The notes under the pieces are model-generated. The model made no database searches. It was not told the origin of the DNA and was given only the letters and a program-made list of their open reading frames with translations. Below are positions 58,881-64,000 of a stretch of 64,000 nucleotides of DNA, piece by piece (the first letter of the stretch is position 1; the number at the start of each line of letters is the position of its first letter). The stretch lies in NCBI RefSeq assembly GCF_009914755.1, contig NC_060926.1. One strand, written 5' to 3'. The DNA is from the human T2T-CHM13v2.0 reference genome, Homo sapiens. Position numbers and translations under genes: made by a program.

Positions 58881-59889
58881 TGGCAACAAATAGTTGTCCA
58901 ATATAGATAATTTCCTGAGAAAAGAAAAAAGTATAAAATGAAATATGTGCTGAAGAAAAATATAGAATTTTAAAATGTGATTTTCTGTGCACTGGTAAAT
59001 TCTTCTAGAAGATGGAGCAAGCTGTGTGACAATAAAATTTTGAGGCAATGTTGGCCCAGGAGATATTAGAAATATCAAAGAAGGAAAAACAACCAGAAAG
59101 AATGGAGAAAGCTTAAACAATCTGTTTGCAAATTAATGTTAGATTGCTAGTAAAAGGGTGAACTAACAGACTGGGAAAATACATTGACATGGTGGGTATG
59201 AAAAACCAGGAAAGCAATAAGGTTGAAAAAGACTTGAGGGATTGGTTGTCATCCAATTAATTAGCTGCAACACATGCCTGTGTGATTTCACACCCCACAG
59301 AGGGCTCTTCCCACACGGCAATGATGTGAATGCATCCGGAATACCTCATTTAACAGTGCTTCTTCAGTCCCTCGACCTTGAAGGGTGATCAGAGTGATCA
59401 AGATGAATGATTAAGAGTTCAGTAGGCTGTTCTCTGATGAAAAAATTAAGTGACTGAGTATGTAGAACTTGATTGGGCTGGTCAATTGCAAGTCAATACA
59501 AACTGTTATAACATGACTCATTATTACACAGACAGTCACCAGTCCAATCAAATCTCCAATCCTGACTCTCTGAAGTGAAAATAGGGGATGAGACTGTTGG
59601 GTTGTAACCCATGTCCTATTTTGCTAGGATCTGCTGGATTTCTTGATCTGAATCTTGAGCTTGATTGAGCCTCTGGACCTGGGTCCTATTGCTCCCCCTC
59701 ACCCCCTTCATTCCTGAGCCAATTCTGCTTTATTTCATATTATTACTGTGAGGTACTCATCATCCAACCACATCAGACCCCACATCAGACCGCTGATACT
59801 GATCATTGCTTAGAGACATTCTAGAATTTCCTATTTCTCTGCCTTTATTCATCCTGTTTCCTTAGCTTAAAATGCTTTCCTTCAATTCC

Positions 59890-60320
59890 TATCTAAAGCT
59901 GGCCATACTCCAGTTTACTCCTCCAGATCCACCCTCCACACCTGCTCAATGGCTGGGAGGCCGGTTACTTTGGAATGTATCACTTGGCCTTCTTGCCTTC
60001 TAGCTTGGTGGTAAAATTTGGCTGATGGGAGGTATTGTCACAGGGTCTGAGGGTGGGAGTGGAAAGATAGAGGGCTTTTCTTTTTTTTCAGTGTCTATCC
60101 AAAGCCAGCATTCTCCTACTATAATAATCTCTCTTTGAGGTACAGCTGTGTCTCTCTCACCTTGACCCTTTCATCATAAGGAAGATAAGAACATTGTGTT
60201 TTTGTGGGCCTCCGGATGTTATACGATCACTCATTTGTCCCCATAACCTTGCCGGATTGTCTTTAATAATTTCTTCATTAGATTTTCTTCAATCTTTTTT
60301 TCTGACAGTGCCATTTGTTC
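59890..60320 (-). mobile_element. Old ERVL LTR (LTR33-like)
   Basis: CTCCAGATCCACCCTCCAC..GCCTTCTAGCTT..TTTGGCTGATGGGAGG; weak similarity only. Confidence 0.4.
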
Positions 60321-60849
60321 CTTTGTCATATAAGAAATATTTGTCAGTTTCTCCATATGAAATTGATACCTCCTTTGGGCTCCTAATTAAAATAGCTACT
60401 GCAGCAAGTATGAAATCTCAGACCATGGGCTATGGTATGCAAAGAGTATAATTGTTTTGTTATAAATCAACTTAATTTTTATTTTCTCTTTTTTTCCTAT
60501 TCCAACTTGAGGGCAGAAAGTTAGTCATCAATTTGAGATCACCCCACACTCAAAAGAGTATCAGGTTTAGAGGGAGGCTCTATAGCACAGTAAGATAGTG
60601 GAGCAACTTGTGCTCAGTCCTCAGTCCATTGATTGAAGTGTACATCTGTAATGGACATAGTAATGCAAGACCCAGATTTCTCTTCAAAGAAGAGCATGTA
60701 GCTTCAGTTGGTGAGATTTCTATCTGGAGATGGTCTTTAGTTGATGTCACATTATCAAAGGTTATGACCTTCTTGGGGCTATACATATTCAGTGATAGTT
60801 CACTACGGCAATATAAAGTCTCAGCCGTTTTGTTCCAATGCATAACATT

Positions 60850-61030
60850 TTGAAACACCTTTCTAGTTCCATCATCTATGGGGTTGGATGAGGCCTTGGT
60901 TGGACCTGCATCACAACTCTGTTCCTCACCTCCCTACCACAGGTGTTGATCCCAAAGGCATTTCTTAATAAACTTTCTGAATGCTAAACTCTATTTCAGA
61001 GCCTGCTTTCCAGGGCTCACAACTTGCAAT
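60850..61030 (+). mobile_element. ERVL LTR 3' fragment (LTR16-like)
   Basis: CACAGGTGTTGATCCCAA..TTAATAAAC..TGCTAAACTC..TCAGAG.CTGCTT.CCAGGG. Confidence 0.5.
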
Positions 61031-61139
61031 TGTATCTTTGGTCCTAGCTATTTCTCAATAATCAGCTATAACTGATTATTGTGTCCTTTCTATCCCCTGC
61101 CCCTCTCAGATTTGCTTCTGTCCTTCCATGTGTGCTCTA

Positions 61140-61680
61140 TATGTTAGTGCTCTATTGCTGCATAACAATGTTGACACAAACTTAGTGGCTTAAGACAACA
61201 CATGTTTATTATGTGGCATTTTCTGTGGATCAGAAAGAAGTCTTATACAGCTTGATTGGGCCCTCAGAATTTCATAAGGCTGCAATCAAGGTGTTGGCCA
61301 GGGATTCAGCCTCACCTGAGACTCATCTGGTTAAGGAGCCACTTCCAAGCCCATGCAGTTGTTGACAGCATTCATTTCCTTGTAGGATGTTGGATAGTCT
61401 TGCTGACTGTCATCTAGAGGCCACCCTCAGCTTCTTACCATGCAGGCCTTCCCAACATGGCCTCTTGTTTCCTCAAAGCCAACAGGGAAAATAATCTCCT
61501 ATTAAAATGTGTTTCAAATCTTAAGTTATCATGAAAGTGACATCCCATCATGTTTGCTACATTCAGTTGGTTAGAAGCAAGATGAAGTTCCTGTCCATAC
61601 TCAAGGGGAGGGCCACAGAAAGTATGGATAGCAGGAGGCAGGAATCATGGGGTCATTCCAGAGTCTCTTTACTGCATACT
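61140..61680 (-). mobile_element. MLT1 (D/E/F-like) MaLR LTR
   Basis: CTATTGCTGCATAACAA..AAACTTAGTGGCTTAAGACAACA..AAGGCTGCAATCAAGGTGTTGGCCAGGG. Confidence 0.75.
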
Positions 61681-62869
61681 GGAATCTGTAAGATTTCCAT
61701 GGCCTTGTTTGTCTAAATTCATCAAAGCCGCTATTCTCTTCCTGGGATCTTGCTGTCTTTCTGGGAATCTCCCTGGAGAGCAGGGATCAGAACATTTCTC
61801 TGTTGAGCCAAGCAGACTCTTATCTCATTGATGCCCCTTCTGTATCAGATCAAATGAAGACACAAAAATATAAGTGAAGAGAAGTAAGACTCTGGCAATT
61901 TTGCTGAAGGTTAGAGTATTAACTATTGCTTAGTTACAGATATCCAGTGAGTGATTTTTTTCTTGTTTTCAGGAAGAGTAGGGAAGGAAAAGGAGTGAAG
62001 AGGGGTAGGGAGGAAGGGAGAAGATTAGGGGAAGTATTAATGCATATTAGGACATGCACTTCCTATCCCAGAGACACATGGGGAGACTCAGCAATTCCAC
62101 GGAGCAACAATTGGTTTTTAAACAAATACTCCTATTGAACATTGAATCTTGAATTTTCCACATTAGAATCTAAATCACTCAGCTTGCCACCAATTCCTAT
62201 ATCTTAGGGATAGAATAGCAAATTTTTTTCAAGTTGTTTTTAGAGAAACCTTAGATACTCAACTAGGCTGAGAAGACGCAGATTCTCATACCATCTCATA
62301 AGCCTAAGAAAGCACTTCCCCAGATACCTGCTGACCAGGCCTTAAAGATAGTCCATGTTCTGAAGCAGAAAATGAAGCACTCAGGAGAAAGTTTTGTTAA
62401 ATAGTATCCGTCCTTTTCCTTGATGTTGGTTGCCAGAGCTATCCCTAAGCATGGATGAATTAGGCCTTCATCTGCTCAGCATGGGTGAAGGCTGCCATCA
62501 AATATTTGGGACACAAATCACTTCTGGCACTGCCCTGCTTTAAGTTTACCTTTATTTCCACAAATTTTACCTTCAAGTAGTTTAAAGTTATGATCTAATG
62601 TTAACAGTGTATCAGCAGCAAACTCTAAAATCTGTACACATATGAAAGGATTTCCAAGCAATTATCAACGAAGTCAATCTAACTTAGCCCAATGAAGTAT
62701 TAAAGATATTCTGTGATATTCTTGTATTGAGTGATAACAAACCATACAAATGTATAATATCATGTATAAAATGATTAAGTGGGAATGGGACATATTTTGA
62801 GCATTTTGGGGGGCCTGAAAACATATTATTTACTTTGCTTATGTCATTTCATTATATTTTCATATCTAC

Positions 62870-63020
62870 CTTGTAAGGTTGGTGTTAGAACCCTCATTTT
62901 GTAGAAAAGAAATCAGGGGCTTACAGAAATTAATAAACTGTCAATATCACAAAACTGGTAGAGATTGACCGAGGATTTAAACCTAAGTCTGTGTCCTATA
63001 AATCATGTATTCTACCTGTC
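62870..63020 (-). mobile_element. MIR
   Basis: CCTTGTAAGGTTGGTG..CATTTTGTAGA..GGATTTAAACCTAAGTCTG. Confidence 0.55.
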
Positions 63021-63943
63021 ATGCTGCCTCCTGGAATTAGTAACAAATTTACATATAACCCTAAGCTACATTGCTGGGACAGCAGGGAGAATGAAAATCT
63101 GGAAAGGAGAAACGGAAATACGTGCTCTCAGTCTCTTCTTTTAGAAGAAAGTGTTACGTTTGTAGCAATTTATAAGCTTCTCTTCCCTAGGAGTTTTCTT
63201 TCTGGAATTTGAGGCACAGTATCCCCCACAAACAGACTCAGTGAAATGCATCCACTCCCCTTCCATTTTCTCTTAAAGAAGAGTGGCACCAGCCGAAGGG
63301 CTTCAACCTAGTACAAACAATAATGGCCTGACAGCTGCCAGATACAATCATTTCTGTTAATCAGAAAACACTTGCTAGAGAGTTAAAGAGAAGGGCTGTA
63401 AGAGCTGTGCATGGGAAAACATACACCATCAAACATCAGTGAAATCTTCCTCTGGCATGGACTATCCTTGCCATTCATTTATAAGACAGAGTCGTAATAA
63501 ATAGGAAGAGAAAGAAGTCTAATTTCTGAGAATAAAAAGCCAAAACTTGTAAGAGATGTATTAGTGGAAAGTAAGTATAGTTAATAATTGACTGATAGGG
63601 AAGGAGAGTAGGAAAATGTCAATCAGCTGGAAGTGCTTAAAGAGCACAATATTTGCAATATGTAGGCATTTGATCAACCATAAATGTAATAATTCCTGTT
63701 ATTATTTTTGGACACTTTACATACAGAGGTGGGTGAATTAGCCCACAGAAAGCTGGTTTTGCACTGATAAATCCTGGAGAGAAAACCTCTCCTGTGCATA
63801 AGACATATAGAGGAAAATAGCATTTTCTCTGAATTAGACATCAAAGGAAACAGGTTATTTTCTAAAATCCATTAATTTGAAATGTATATACCTTAACATA
63901 TACAGAAGACAAAGTTTTTTAAAAAACTGTTTTATCATATGTG

Positions 63944-64000
63944 TTTATTTTTGAGATGGAGTCTCACTGTGTTGCCCAGGCTGGAGTGCAGTGGCACCCT
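63944..64000 (-). mobile_element. Alu 3' end, continuing beyond the window
   Basis: TTTTGAGATGGAGTCTCACTGTGTTGCCCAGGCTGGAGTGCAGTGGC. Confidence 0.93.

Noticed and set aside
59767-59792. Short tandem duplications (CCACATCAGACC x2; also ~20240, ~41083 and ~35458)
   Set aside because: Ordinary slippage duplications with no higher-order periodicity.
60580-60858. Overlapping 81-92 aa ORFs on both strands
   Set aside because: No recognisable domain or supporting splice signals, adjacent to old LTR remnants, and a length compatible with chance.
61955-62000. Strong acceptor TTTTTTCTTGTTTTCAG followed by a purine-rich tract
   Set aside because: An isolated motif with no clear matching donor or exon chain.

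Overview
AT-rich primate genomic DNA (probably human or another catarrhine) of intergenic or deep-intronic type. I recognise no cellular protein-coding gene, tRNA, rRNA or CRISPR array. The long ORFs in the track come from repeats: L1 ORF1/ORF2, the MaLR internal ORF, ERVL gag and Alu read-through. Most of the window is transposable elements, many of them nested. (1) A minus-strand MER41-type ERV1 5' LTR with PBS and internal sequence (1-2533). (2) An ancient LTR16/ERVL provirus (7570-12171) invaded by an Alu, which is itself split by an LTR12 solo LTR, and by an MLT2A LTR. (3) A MER53>MADE1>AluSc triple nest. (4) A near full-length minus-strand L1MA (24755-36940) carrying two THE1 solo LTRs, an internally deleted THE1 provirus, a complete MSTA provirus with a 309-codon open frame, and four Alu-derived inserts. 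(5) A 3'-truncated L1PA ending at a hairpin, followed 1.9 kb later by an older L1 3' half. (6) A twin-primed L1PA. I found no convincing new biological system. The most notable items are unusual retroelement structures, a cluster of DUX4 motifs, NF-Y/STAT/octamer sites in LTRs, and a candidate exon flanked by inverted Alus. Subfamily names come from my recall of consensus sequences, not from a database search, and the boundaries of old elements are approximate.
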